Assembly: GCA_963820495.1 (NCBI GenBank)
Contig: CAWGAF010000002.1
Span: 121,913-185,912 of the forward strand
DNA from: an uncultured Chloroflexia bacterium
GTDB lineage: Bacteria; Chloroflexota; Dehalococcoidia; GIF9; UBA5629
Direction of reading: 5' to 3'
Length of the DNA stretch: 64,000 bases
The notes under the pieces were generated by a model that did no database searches, was not told the origin of the DNA, and saw only the letters and a list, made by a program, of their open reading frames with translations. Positions 18,483-28,102 of this stretch are shown in pieces. The position numbers and the translations under genes are program-made. How positions within the stretch are numbered: the first letter of the stretch is position 1; each line of letters begins with the position of its first letter.

Positions 18483-18511
18483 ATTATAATTTATTTCTGC
18501 AATAGAGTCAA
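18483..18511 (-). promoter_or_regulatory. near-consensus sigma70-type promoter for the J-protein-hspR-clpB operon
   Basis: The minus strand reads TTGACT-17 nt-TATAAT (-35 at 18511-18506, -10 at 18488-18483), ~19 nt upstream of ATG 18464. Confidence 0.6.
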
Positions 18512-18627
18512 CAGTGTCGGCAAGAAATATAAAATAATTTGTTAAGAAATTGTGACAAAAAATTAATAATATATGATAGTTATTATCAGAGTGGAGCCCA
18601 AGTAGAATACAAAAGGAGGAGAGATTT

Positions 18628-19107
18628 ATGAATCTAGTACGCTGGAACCCTGTTCGCGAGATGGTGACTTTGGGACAAGCCATGGATAGTATGTTTGACC
18701 ATGATTACTTCCGACCGTTCTGGCTGTCTGTTGAGTCCGGTGTAAATTTAGTTCCTGCTATTGACATGTATGAGACTGATAATGAGATAGTGGTCAAGGC
18801 GACTATGCCTGGAGTGGAGGCAAAGGAGCTTGATATTAACATTACTGGCGATACTCTTACTATAAAAGGTGAGACCAGCTCAGGAAAAGAAGAGAAGAAG
18901 GAAAATTATTACTAACAGGAATGCAGCTACGGCACCTTCGCCCGTAGCATAACGCTGCCTGCTGGAGTGGAGACTGATAAGTCTGAAGCAAGCCTGGATA
19001 GTGGTATATTGACTTTGACTTTACCTAAAGCCGAAAGTGTTAAACCGAAGTCTATTAAGGTTAAGGCAAAGAAGGCTATAGAAGGCAAAAAAGAGGTTAA
19101 AAACTAG
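18628..19107 (+). pseudogene. Hsp20/alpha-crystallin small heat-shock protein interrupted by an in-frame TAA (18913-18915)
   Basis: The track ORF stops at 18915 (…KEEKKENYY*). The same frame continues QECSYGTFARSITLPAGVETDKSEASLDSGILTLTLPKAESVKPKSIKV... to TAG at 19105-19107. Together these make a normal 159-codon ACD protein. Confidence 0.8.
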
Positions 19108-19110
19108 ATA

Positions 19111-19686
19111 TTACTGCTGGGCTCCACTCGCAGATTGTAAACTGTCCAGAAGTTGTTTGATGATATTGGCTGTAGCTCCCCAGATAATCCGTCCGTTGTA
19201 TTCATAAGTGTAGGTTATTACCGTTTCATTGTTGTCGATCACGTATTCCTGCTTAAAGCGCGACTTATCCATTAAAGCAGAAAGCGGTATATCGAGGATC
19301 TCAGCAATCTCATGAGGATTCCTGATGAATTTGTAGGGATAAGGAATGAGCGCTACAAATGGTGAGATTAGGAACCCAGAAGTTGTGGTCGGAGTATCAT
19401 CCAGTTCACCTACAATTTCCACATCTTTGGGATCTAATCCTACCTCTTCCCAGCTTTCCCTGAGGGCTGTCTCCAGTAGACTGGAGTCGGCTTTGTGGGG
19501 TTTCCCACCAGGGAAGGAGATCTGTCCCTTATGCTGAAGCACATCGCTGCTTCTTTGGGTGAGCAGGAGGCGATATTCTTTGCCATCATTGAAGAGCGGG
19601 ACAAGAACTGCCGCTGCGTTCAATTTTTTATCGGTTAGCCTTTTCTTCTGTCGGCAGGAAAAAATTTGCCTAAGATTATAATCCAT
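19111..19686 (-). CDS. NUDIX hydrolase, CoA pyrophosphatase-like
   Basis: 191 aa with Nudix box GQISFPGGKPHKADSSLLETALRESWEEVGL. Confidence 0.8.
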   Translation of the reverse strand: MDYNLRQIFSCRQKKRLTDKKLNAAAVLVPLFNDGKEYRLLLTQRSSDVLQHKGQISFPGGKPHKADSSLLETALRESWEEVGLDPKDVEIVGELDDTPTTTSGFLISPFVALIPYPYKFIRNPHEIAEILDIPLSALMDKSRFKQEYVIDNNETVITYTYEYNGRIIWGATANIIKQLLDSLQSASGAQQ

Positions 19687-19836
19687 TGTAATCCATCATA
19701 CATCAGTGATTGTTGGCTATACAAATTTGAAAACTTCTTGTGTTTGCTGAGTGTGAGCAGTTGATAAACGATTTGTATTTGAGACTTGTCAGGCGGCCGA
19801 ATTATTGTCTATACTGTAGGTTTGAGGACTATCAAT

Positions 19837-20952
19837 ATGCGTGCTGAAAAAGATTATTATGAAATACTCGGTGTGTCCAGAGATGCCAACACTGAGCAGA
19901 TTAAACGAGCTTTCCGCAAGCTAGCGTTCCAATATCACCCTGACCATAACAGAGACCCTGAGGCTGGGGAGAAATTTAAGGAGATTAACGAGGCTTATGA
20001 AGTCCTCTGCGATGCTGAGAAACGCGCTTCTTACGATCGATATGGGCGGGTATCTACTTCAGATTGGCCTGGGGGTTTTGAAACCTTTAATTTTGGCGGT
20101 TTTGGAGACCTCTTTGAAGCTTTCTTTGGAGGGGCGACAACAACTTCTAAACGCCGTGCTCCTAAGAAAGGGGCTGACCTACAAGTCAATCTCACTATTT
20201 CTTTTGAGGAGGCAGTATTTGGTGGCAAGAAGGAGATTGAGATTGGACGGGTAGAAAATTGCTCTTTGTGTCGTGGCATTGGCAGTAAACCAGGAACAAA
20301 TCCTCAGAAATGTTCTGATTGCAATGGCACTGGCCAGGTACGACGTACCCATGAAAGTCTCTTCGGGCATTTTGTTCAGGTTATTACCTGTCCCAGATGC
20401 AATGGCGAAGGTACCAGTATTGCTGATCCCTGCCCGGAATGCAAGGGTGGTGGGAAAGTGAAAGTCAAGCGCAAGCTGGCGGTTATTATACCTGCAGGAG
20501 TAGATGAAAATTACCGGATGCGCTTAAGCGGAGAAGGTCAGGCTGGTGTTTATGGTGGCTCACCAGGTGATGTCTATATCGCTTTTTCCATTAAACCGCA
20601 TGAATTCTTTGTGCGGGAAGGAAATGATATTATTTGTGAGCTGTCAATTAACTTTGCCCAAGCGGCACTCGGAGGCAATATAGAGGTGCCTACCCTTGAT
20701 GGCCCTACAATGTTAAAAATACCGCCGGGCACACAAAATGGCAAAGTTTTTCAGCTTAAGGGCAAAGGGGTATCACGTGTTGATGGAAAAGGTAGAGGGG
20801 ACCAGCTGATTCAAGTAAGAATAATAACTCCGCAATCTCTGGATGAAAAGCAGAAGAAGCTTTTCGAAGAATTAGCTAGGACATTGCCCGAGGCTGAAGT
20901 ATCTGGAGAAGGAGCTAAAAAGAAAAAGGACAGGATGAGGTTTGGGGATTAG
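19837..20952 (+). CDS. dnaJ: chaperone DnaJ (full four-motif zinc finger)
   Basis: The J domain starts at [13 protein letters not shown] (ATG 19837; the track start at 19786 is an extension). HPD motif, [32 protein letters not shown]. Confidence 0.9.
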   Translation: MRAEKDYYEILGVSRDANTEQIKRAFRKLAFQYHPDHNRDPEAGEKFKEINEAYEVLCDAEKRASYDRYGRVSTSDWPGGFETFNFGGFGDLFEAFFGGATTTSKRRAPKKGADLQVNLTISFEEAVFGGKKEIEIGRVENCSLCRGIGSKPGTNPQKCSDCNGTGQVRRTHESLFGHFVQVITCPRCNGEGTSIADPCPECKGGGKVKVKRKLAVIIPAGVDENYRMRLSGEGQAGVYGGSPGDVYIAFSIKPHEFFVREGNDIICELSINFAQAALGGNIEVPTLDGPTMLKIPPGTQNGKVFQLKGKGVSRVDGKGRGDQLIQVRIITPQSLDEKQKKLFEELARTLPEAEVSGEGAKKKKDRMRFGD

Positions 20953-21947
20953 ATGTTTGCCTCGGGTTTTAGCCCGGATTTAAATCGGTTGGTTATTTCC
21001 ATTGGCGGCAGGGACTCGAATAAAACTCCATATATCAGGTTAATAATCGGTACTTTTAGTCTTAACTTGGTTGCCAGTTTATGTGCAGCTACAGTGGTAT
21101 CAATCCCCTCAGCAATGTTAGACATGGCTGCTTTTACTTCGGTTAAAGAGCGTCCTGAGGCTACTTCGCGGCCGACAAAGTGATTGCGACTCTGGGGACC
21201 AGCGCAGGTGGCAATAAGATCACCCAGCCCAGCCAGTCCATAAAAGGTGCTAGACCTGGCGCCAAGTGCTATACCCAGGGAAGTAACTTCGTCCCAGCCT
21301 AAAGTAATAAATGTGGCTTTGGCATTGTCGCCCAAACCCAGGCCATCGACCATCCCTGCTCCGAGTGCAATTACATTCTTTAATGCCCCGCATAACTCAA
21401 CACCAATAACGTCATCACTGGTGAAAATGGCGAAATTAGGTGAATGAAACAATTTGCGGGTCTTTTCTGCAATTTCAGCATTTTGGGAAGCCAATACAGA
21501 GGTAGCTGGTAGTCCCCGGTTGATTTCTTGAGATAGATTGGGCCCGGAAAGCACACAAACCTGCTCCGTTGGTGTACTGGGAATTTCTTCTATTATTATC
21601 TCTGACATCCTCTTGCCGCTATCTGCCTCCAATCCCTTAGCAAGGCTAACATGAATCATTCTGGGAGTTGTATGATTTCCTATCTTTCTGATTGTCTGAC
21701 GCAGGCTTTGAGCAGGTATCGCCCAGATTACGACTTCCGCCGCTTGCAAGGCTTTATCATTGTGGCTGGTGAAGGTAAGGCGTTTGGATGGCACGATATT
21801 TGCCGGATATGCTTGCAGCAACTTGCTTAGCTCTTTTGCTTTGGCTTCAGTTCTGGCCCAGATATTAACGGTTACACCATTATTTGCCAATAACCGACCG
21901 ATGGTGGTGCCCCAGGTTGTGGCACCTATAATAGAAACATTTGGCAT
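20949..21947 (-). CDS. gpsA: NAD(P)H-dependent glycerol-3-phosphate dehydrogenase
   Basis: 332 aa: [10 protein letters not shown] Rossmann N-terminus, [20 protein letters not shown] motifs; adjacent to plsY. Confidence 0.88.
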   Translation of the reverse strand: MPNVSIIGATTWGTTIGRLLANNGVTVNIWARTEAKAKELSKLLQAYPANIVPSKRLTFTSHNDKALQAAEVVIWAIPAQSLRQTIRKIGNHTTPRMIHVSLAKGLEADSGKRMSEIIIEEIPSTPTEQVCVLSGPNLSQEINRGLPATSVLASQNAEIAEKTRKLFHSPNFAIFTSDDVIGVELCGALKNVIALGAGMVDGLGLGDNAKATFITLGWDEVTSLGIALGARSSTFYGLAGLGDLIATCAGPQSRNHFVGREVASGRSLTEVKAAMSNIAEGIDTTVAAHKLATKLRLKVPIINLIYGVLFESLPPMEITNRFKSGLKPEANI

Positions 21948-21951
21948 AATT

Positions 21952-22644
21952 TTAATTGGCCTGTGGGGGGCCAGTTAAAGAGTCAGGCTTGTTAGTCTCG
22001 ACCTTGTCGCCGAGGCGGCGCTCAGTGCGGGTTTGCAGCCTGCCAATGTTGCTGCGATGCTGGTAGGCAATTATGATTACTGCCAGTACGCTGTAGGCTA
22101 GGTAAATTGGGGGAAATCCATATACTACGGTCAGGATTATCAGCAATATCATTGTGCCCAGTGCGCCCAAAATGGAGCCCATGGATACGTATCTGGTTAG
22201 CGTGGCAGTTATAAGCACAATAAGACCGCCGAATAAAGCCGCTGCTGGGCACATAACAAACCAACTACCGAAATAGGCAGCAACCCCTTTGCCACCGCGA
22301 AATTTAATGTATATAGACCAGCTATGTCCCACCATTACCATTACGGCGGCTAGAACCTGGGCAAACTGCCAGTTAAGTGGGAAACCAGCTATGACTAGAA
22401 CATCATTGCCCATTATTATCTGGGCCAGGAACACGGCTAAGGCCGCCTTGCCTAGGTCGAGGACAATTACTACAATCGCTGCTCTGGTGCCTGCAATTCT
22501 CAATACATTGGTACTGCCGATGCTGCCGCTGCCGTGCTTGGTTACATCCACTTTGCCCATTAACCAGCCGAAGATTAGGCCAAAGGGTATTGCTCCCAGA
22601 AGATAAGCGACGACAGCAGCAGCGATAAGTTTCCCGATTATCAC
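21952..22644 (-). CDS. plsY: glycerol-3-phosphate acyltransferase PlsY
   Basis: 230 aa, polytopic, with GSGSIGSTNVLR and FRGGKGVA motifs. Confidence 0.88.
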   Translation of the reverse strand: MIIGKLIAAAVVAYLLGAIPFGLIFGWLMGKVDVTKHGSGSIGSTNVLRIAGTRAAIVVIVLDLGKAALAVFLAQIIMGNDVLVIAGFPLNWQFAQVLAAVMVMVGHSWSIYIKFRGGKGVAAYFGSWFVMCPAAALFGGLIVLITATLTRYVSMGSILGALGTMILLIILTVVYGFPPIYLAYSVLAVIIIAYQHRSNIGRLQTRTERRLGDKVETNKPDSLTGPPQAN

Positions 22645-23984
22645 TGTTTCTTTCCCCCTACCCTTTTTGGCTTTCTTCTTGGGGCCTTCTTAAACAGGAA
22701 GCGCAACGAGGTGCCTGAGAAACCAAAGGTTTGGCGGAGTTTGTTTTCCAGGTAACGCTGATAGGAGAAATGTACCAGCTTGGGATCGTTTACCAAGAAA
22801 GAAAATGTCGGAGGGTTGACTCCATCTTGATAAGCTCGGATAACCTCTAGCCTCCTTAATCCTTTTCGCGGTGGCGCATGACTTGATACTGCTTGCTTAA
22901 TGAGCTTATCGATCACAGAATCGGGTAACTGTTTTTGCCTTTCCTGCCAAATTTCCATGGCTGTGGGTATTATCCTGTCCACGCCCTGTCCGAATTTGGC
23001 TGAGACAAATAGAATGGGTACATGTGCCGCGAACTTGAGCCGTTGTCTGACCTGAGCAGCATATTCCTCTTGAGGATGTGATGAAAGGGTATCCCATTTA
23101 TTAATTAGTAGAATCATTCCTTTGCAGGATTCTTTAATGTAGCCAGTGATGTGGCTGTCCTGGGCAGTGATGAATTCAGTAGCATCGGTGACCAACAAGG
23201 CAACATCGCAGCGGTTAATGGCTCGTAAAGACCTAATCAAACTGTAATAATCTATGCCTGTGCCAGAGCGCCCACGTCGCCTGATACCGGCAGTATCAAT
23301 CAGCAATAAATCTTGACCGTCATAGTGGAAGACGGTATCTACTGCGTCTCGTGTCGTTCCTGGAACCTGGTCTACTATAGCTCTTTCCTCACCGACAATG
23401 GTATTCAGCAGCATTGACTTGCCAGCATTAGGCCGTCCCACGATGGCCAGCTTGGGCATGTTTACATCAGCCGTAATGCTGGGTGGTAACTGTGGGATTA
23501 GTGAGATTACCCTGTCTATGAGGTTATTAATACCTCGGCCATGGTGGGCACTTACTGCCAGTGGTAAACCTAAGCCCAACTGGTAAAAGTCATTTAGCTG
23601 GTTTTCCAGCTTGGCATTGTCTGCTTTATTAGCGACCAGAACTATTGGTTTGCTGCTTTTACGAAGCATATCTGCTATTTCGCGGTCGGTGGTAATTACA
23701 CCGTCTTGAATGTCTGATAAAAAGACAATGACATCGGCTTCGGCAATAGCCGACTCGACCTGGTGCTTGATCTTCTGGTTCATAGATGAGTTTGGAGATG
23801 GGTCTAAACCGCCAGTATCAATTAAGGTGACTTCATGACCATGTAAAGAGGTGTCAGCAAATACACGGTCTCGTGTTGTTCCGGGCAGGTCTTCGACAAT
23901 AGCTATCTGCTTGCCCACCAGTCGGTTGAACAATGCTGACTTGCCAACGTTGGCTCTGCCTACTATAGCGACAACGGGTTTCAT
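22641..23984 (-). CDS. der: ribosome-associated GTPase Der/EngA (two G domains + KH-like)
   Basis: 447 aa with GRANVGKS and GRPNAGKS P-loops, DTGG/DTAG and NKAD/NKWD motifs. Confidence 0.92.
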   Translation of the reverse strand: MKPVVAIVGRANVGKSALFNRLVGKQIAIVEDLPGTTRDRVFADTSLHGHEVTLIDTGGLDPSPNSSMNQKIKHQVESAIAEADVIVFLSDIQDGVITTDREIADMLRKSSKPIVLVANKADNAKLENQLNDFYQLGLGLPLAVSAHHGRGINNLIDRVISLIPQLPPSITADVNMPKLAIVGRPNAGKSMLLNTIVGEERAIVDQVPGTTRDAVDTVFHYDGQDLLLIDTAGIRRRGRSGTGIDYYSLIRSLRAINRCDVALLVTDATEFITAQDSHITGYIKESCKGMILLINKWDTLSSHPQEEYAAQVRQRLKFAAHVPILFVSAKFGQGVDRIIPTAMEIWQERQKQLPDSVIDKLIKQAVSSHAPPRKGLRRLEVIRAYQDGVNPPTFSFLVNDPKLVHFSYQRYLENKLRQTFGFSGTSLRFLFKKAPRRKPKRVGGKKQ

Positions 23985-24046
23985 AATTATTTACTACCTG
24001 AAAACTGATTTTACAACCAGCCCCATTAATAAAAGGATATCATTTG

Positions 24047-24976
24047 CTATTTGGCTCGTCCAGACTTATGGAAAATCTCAGCCAGTAATGCCCTTTGGAG
24101 ATGTAGCCTGTTTTCCGCCTGGTCGAAGACTACAGAGCTGGGGTGGTCCAGTAGACCGGCAGCGATTTCTTCACCATGGTGAGCTGGCAGAGGATGCATG
24201 AAGATAACATCTTTCTTGGCTAATGAAAGTAACGTAGCGTTAACCTGATAGCTGGTAAAAACACTACGACGTTTTTCGGCCTCAGCCTCCTGCCCCATGC
24301 TTGTCCATACATCGGTATAAACTATGTCGGCATCTTTTACCGTTTGCTTTGGGTCTGAATTCAGGACAATCCGGCTGCCGGTATTAGCAGCGATTTCTCT
24401 GGCTTTCTGTAATATTTGCTTGTCTATCTCATAGCCGGCTGGCGAAGCGATTTTAAAATTAACACCGGTAAGCGCTGCGGCGAGAAGCAGACTATGAGCC
24501 ACGTTATTGCCATCGCCTACATAAGCCAGCTCTAAGCCACGAAGTTTTCCTTTTTTCTCATTAATGGTCATTATATCAGCTAGTGCCTGGCAGGGGTGCT
24601 CAAAATCAGAGAGGGCATTAATCACCGGTACATTTGAGTGCTGAGCCAAAGTCACTAGAGCCTGGTGAGAAAAAGTGCGGGCGATAATGCCATCAATATA
24701 GCGACAAAGCACCTTGGCTACATCGGAAACTGGTTCTCTTTTACCCAGCCCTACCTCGCTGGGGGAGAGATATAGGCAATAGCCACCTAGCTGATGTATG
24801 GCCACTTCAAAGCTAACTCGCGTGCGTAGAGACGGTTTTTCGAAAAGAAGTGCCAGAACCTTCCCTGATAGCAATTGCGGCGCTGCTTTCCGCTTCATTT
24901 CTATAGCTTTTTTAACAAGCGATTCAGCTTCTGCAGCGCTTAAATCAGCTACAGAAAGAAAATCTTTTGTCTTCAA
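24047..24976 (-). CDS. argF: ornithine carbamoyltransferase
   Basis: 309 aa: FEKPSLRTRVSFE, HPCQALAD, DVWTSMGQE, HPLPAHHGEE. Confidence 0.88.
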   Translation of the reverse strand: MKTKDFLSVADLSAAEAESLVKKAIEMKRKAAPQLLSGKVLALLFEKPSLRTRVSFEVAIHQLGGYCLYLSPSEVGLGKREPVSDVAKVLCRYIDGIIARTFSHQALVTLAQHSNVPVINALSDFEHPCQALADIMTINEKKGKLRGLELAYVGDGNNVAHSLLLAAALTGVNFKIASPAGYEIDKQILQKAREIAANTGSRIVLNSDPKQTVKDADIVYTDVWTSMGQEAEAEKRRSVFTSYQVNATLLSLAKKDVIFMHPLPAHHGEEIAAGLLDHPSSVVFDQAENRLHLQRALLAEIFHKSGRAK

Positions 24977-25336
24977 CCTTGCCCCCTTAGAGGAGTTTTT
25001 TCAGTATAGCATAATCATCAGGATAGTATATAATGTGGAGAGTGTTGAAAACTCATATTCAACCCCTTTTATCCCCCAGTCTTGGGGGAATCAGGAAGTT
25101 GGGGGACACCCCCAGACCCTCGGCATCCACCTCAGGTGGACTACACCTCTTTTACAGCAGTCTCAATGTGCTAGTTTTTTCCTTTGCTATGATCGCAATG
25201 ACAGAAATTGTATTTAGAAGAAGAGGGGGTCAGATGCGTGAGTTGCATAACAATTCGTAAAAGACTTGTCCTTGTGGGTGAAGGTGATGATCTCAGGGTA
25301 TATAAGAGGGGCTTGCCCTTCTTAAGAGAAAATCTT

Positions 25337-25364
25337 CCCTCTCCCCTTATTTAAGGGGAGAGGG
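25337..25364. repeat. near-perfect palindrome CCCTCTCCCCTTA-TT-TAAGGGGAGAGGG upstream of polA
   Basis: 13-nt arms read directly from the sequence. It lies 16 nt upstream of the polA TTG start, within a hairpin-rich 400-bp intergenic region. Confidence 0.7.
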
Positions 25365-25379
25365 ATAAAGGGTGAGAGG

Positions 25380-26267
25380 TTGATAAATAAAAGAGACAAA
25401 CCATTACTGTTATTGTTTGATGGGAACGCTCTGGTGCATAGAGCTTTTCACGCCTTGCCCCCCTTAACTGTATCCAAGACGGGCGAAATGGTGAATGCAG
25501 TCAGAGGCTTTGCTGCTACTCTGCTAAAGATGCTCAAGGAGAACAAGCCAACTTACTGGGCAATTGCTTTCGACAGGCCTACACCGACCTTTAGGCATGA
25601 GAAATTTGCTGACTATAAAAAACAGAGACCTCCAACTCCTCCGGAGCTGGTCAACCAGATAGAGCGGGCACATCAGCTGGCAGATGCCTTTTACCTTCCC
25701 ACATTTGAAATCGATGGTTATGAGGCCGATGATATTTTGGGAGCTTTAAGCCGGCAAGCAAGTCAGCAAGGCATAGAAACTATCATTGTTACTGGTGATA
25801 ATGACATGCTTCAGACTGTGTCGCCAACGGTTAGAGTAATGTCACCGAGACGATCCTTTAGCGACACCGTGATTTACGATGAGACAGGAGTCCAAAATAA
25901 ATATGGCATTGGTCCAAAGCAACTTGCTGATTTTAAGGCGCTAACTGGTGATCCCTCCGATAATATTCCGGGCATATCAGGCGTAGGCGAAAAAACAGCA
26001 GTCAAGCTTTTGCAGCAATTCGGCAACCTTCAGGGAATTTACAATCACATTGATGAAGTGACCCCTCCTAAATTACAAGCTTTGCTTCGGGAGCATAAAG
26101 AGCAAGCTTTTCAAAACAAAGAGCTGGTAACCATTGTTACTGATGTGCCTGTAACCTTGAATCTGGATAACTGCCAGGTCAGTGCTTACGACCGAAATCG
26201 AGTCGTTGACCTTTTTCGTGAGCTGGAGTTTGTCCATCTGCTTCCTAGCTTACCAGAGGAGGATTAA
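25380..26267 (+). CDS. polA: DNA polymerase I 5'-3' exonuclease (FEN-like) domain, separate ORF
   Basis: 295 aa: LLLFDGNALVHRAFHA, GYEADDILG, VTGDNDMLQ, DNIPGISGVGEKTA. It ends at TAA 26265-26267, in the linker before the 3'-5' exo-like domain. Confidence 0.88.
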   Translation: MINKRDKPLLLLFDGNALVHRAFHALPPLTVSKTGEMVNAVRGFAATLLKMLKENKPTYWAIAFDRPTPTFRHEKFADYKKQRPPTPPELVNQIERAHQLADAFYLPTFEIDGYEADDILGALSRQASQQGIETIIVTGDNDMLQTVSPTVRVMSPRRSFSDTVIYDETGVQNKYGIGPKQLADFKALTGDPSDNIPGISGVGEKTAVKLLQQFGNLQGIYNHIDEVTPPKLQALLREHKEQAFQNKELVTIVTDVPVTLNLDNCQVSAYDRNRVVDLFRELEFVHLLPSLPEED

Positions 26268-26277
26268 ACAGACTTCA

Positions 26278-28101
26278 ATGGTGACCCATGTTCAAGATTT
26301 ACCCAAGGTAAACTATCATATTATCAGTACTGATTATGTTCTGGGCAAACTCATTAGCCAGTTGACGGAGGCCGGTGAGTTTGCCGTTGACCTGGAAACT
26401 TCGAGCATAGAAGCTGTGACGACAGAGCTTGTGGGCATATCTCTGGCATCAGCCCCGAACGAAGCTTTTTATATTCCGGTAGGTCATCGCACTTTGAGCA
26501 CTGTAGTCCAGTTACCTTTAGCTCAAGTTATTGCCAGGCTTAAGCCTCTGCTTGAGAATGCCAAGCTGAGCAAGATAGCACAGAATGGCAAGTTTGATAT
26601 GACGGTGCTTGCCGAGCAAGGAGTAAGACTCCAGAATCTAGACTTTGATACCATGATCGCCGCTCATCTGCTTGGAGAGAAACCTATTGGTCTTAAGGCG
26701 CTGGCTTTTAACAAGCTGGGCATTGAGATGATGCCAATCGATGATTTAATCGGCAAAGGCGCTAAGCAGATTTCTATGGCGCTGGTAGAAATAGAACGGG
26801 CGGCAGATTATGCCTGTGCTGATGCTGATATGACCCTCAGGTTGAAACAGGTATTTGAACCTGAGCTGAAGAAGCAAGAGCTGTGGCAGCTTTTCAGTGA
26901 GGTAGAGATGCCACTGGTGCCGATACTGGTGGATATGGAAAGAACCGGAGTGGCTCTGGATACCGAGTTGTTACGTAATATGTCGGGTAGCATGGGAGAA
27001 GAAATGCTCAGACTGGAGAAGGAAATTTATGGCTTTGTTGGCCATGAGTTTAATATAAACTCTTCTCAGCAACTGTCTAAAATACTTTACGATGAGTTGC
27101 ACCTGTCCCGGTCACGCAAAACCAAAAGCGGTTATTCTACCGATGCCTCAGCACTCGAAGAACTGAAGGGTACTCATCCCGTAATCGACCTTATCCTGCA
27201 ATACCGCCAGCTTACCAAGTTGAAGTCAACGTATACCGATGCTTTTTTGGCATTGGTTAATCCTAAAACAGGAAGAATACATACCAGTTTCAATCAGACG
27301 GGGACCAGTACCGGTCGACTTTCCTCCAGCGAACCTAACCTGCAGAATATTCCCGTACGGGGCGAATTAGGAGAAAAAATCAGGCAAGCTATTATTGCTC
27401 GACCAGAGTGGTACCTTTTGTCTGCCGATTATTCCCAGATTGACCTCAGAGCATTAGCTCATATCTCACAGGACACAGAACTGATAGCCACTTTTTTGCG
27501 AGATGAAGATGTTCATACCGCCACTGCATCGCGGGTGTTCAATGTTCCCGCTGAAGAAGTAACCCCAGCCATGCGCCGCGTGGCTAAGACCGTCAATTTC
27601 GGCGTTATCTATGGCATGAGTGATTATGGATTGGAGCAGGCTACTGATTTTAGCCGGGAGGAAGCAGCCCAGTTTATTGCCTCGTATTTTGAAAAATATC
27701 CCAGGGTTAAAGAATATATTGAAGCTACTAAGACTCAGGCAAGGGAGCTTGGTTATGTGCAGACGGTGCTGGGCAGGCGGCGTTATGTTCCTGAGATAAA
27801 GTCTCCTAATCGACAGATACGGGAAGGTGCCGAGAGGATGGCAATAAATATGCCGGTGCAAGGCACTTCCGCTGACATAATCAAGGTCGCTATGATTAAC
27901 ATACATCGTGAAATAGAAAGACGAAATTTAAAAAGCAAGATGATTCTGCAGGTTCATGATGAGCTTGTATTCGAGGTACATCACGAGGAGATAAATACAG
28001 TGAAAGAGTTGGTGGCTGAATTGATGCCCAGTGCTCTAAAGCTTACCGTGCCTTTGAAAATAGATATCAAGATGGGCAGGAACTGGGGGGATATGGGATA
28101 A
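26278..28101 (+). CDS. polA: DNA polymerase I 3'-5' exo-like + polymerase domains (Klenow-like), separate ORF
   Basis: The first 32 codons of the track ORF (from 26182) overlap the other frame and show no homology. Homology starts near ATG 26278: FAVDLETSS, STDASALEEL, RIHTSFNQTGTSTGRLSS, DYSQIDLRALAH, TVNFGVIYG, QVHDELVFE. Confidence 0.88.
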   Translation: MVTHVQDLPKVNYHIISTDYVLGKLISQLTEAGEFAVDLETSSIEAVTTELVGISLASAPNEAFYIPVGHRTLSTVVQLPLAQVIARLKPLLENAKLSKIAQNGKFDMTVLAEQGVRLQNLDFDTMIAAHLLGEKPIGLKALAFNKLGIEMMPIDDLIGKGAKQISMALVEIERAADYACADADMTLRLKQVFEPELKKQELWQLFSEVEMPLVPILVDMERTGVALDTELLRNMSGSMGEEMLRLEKEIYGFVGHEFNINSSQQLSKILYDELHLSRSRKTKSGYSTDASALEELKGTHPVIDLILQYRQLTKLKSTYTDAFLALVNPKTGRIHTSFNQTGTSTGRLSSSEPNLQNIPVRGELGEKIRQAIIARPEWYLLSADYSQIDLRALAHISQDTELIATFLRDEDVHTATASRVFNVPAEEVTPAMRRVAKTVNFGVIYGMSDYGLEQATDFSREEAAQFIASYFEKYPRVKEYIEATKTQARELGYVQTVLGRRRYVPEIKSPNRQIREGAERMAINMPVQGTSADIIKVAMINIHREIERRNLKSKMILQVHDELVFEVHHEEINTVKELVAELMPSALKLTVPLKIDIKMGRNWGDMG

Positions 28102-28102
28102 G

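Noticed and set aside
18465-18627. Search for an HspR operator (HAIR, CTTGAGT-N7-ACTCAAG) between the J-protein operon and hsp20
   Set aside because: I could not find a convincing match by eye. Only the near-consensus promoter is reported. The operator in this lineage may differ.
18465-18683. N-terminal extensions offered by the track for the J-protein (to 18683), for dnaJ (19786), for the FHA protein (5372), for polA part 2 (26182), and similar
   Set aside because: The extensions are hydrophobic or low-complexity, lack homology and run through promoter sequences. The internal starts coincide with domain starts and have SD sequences.
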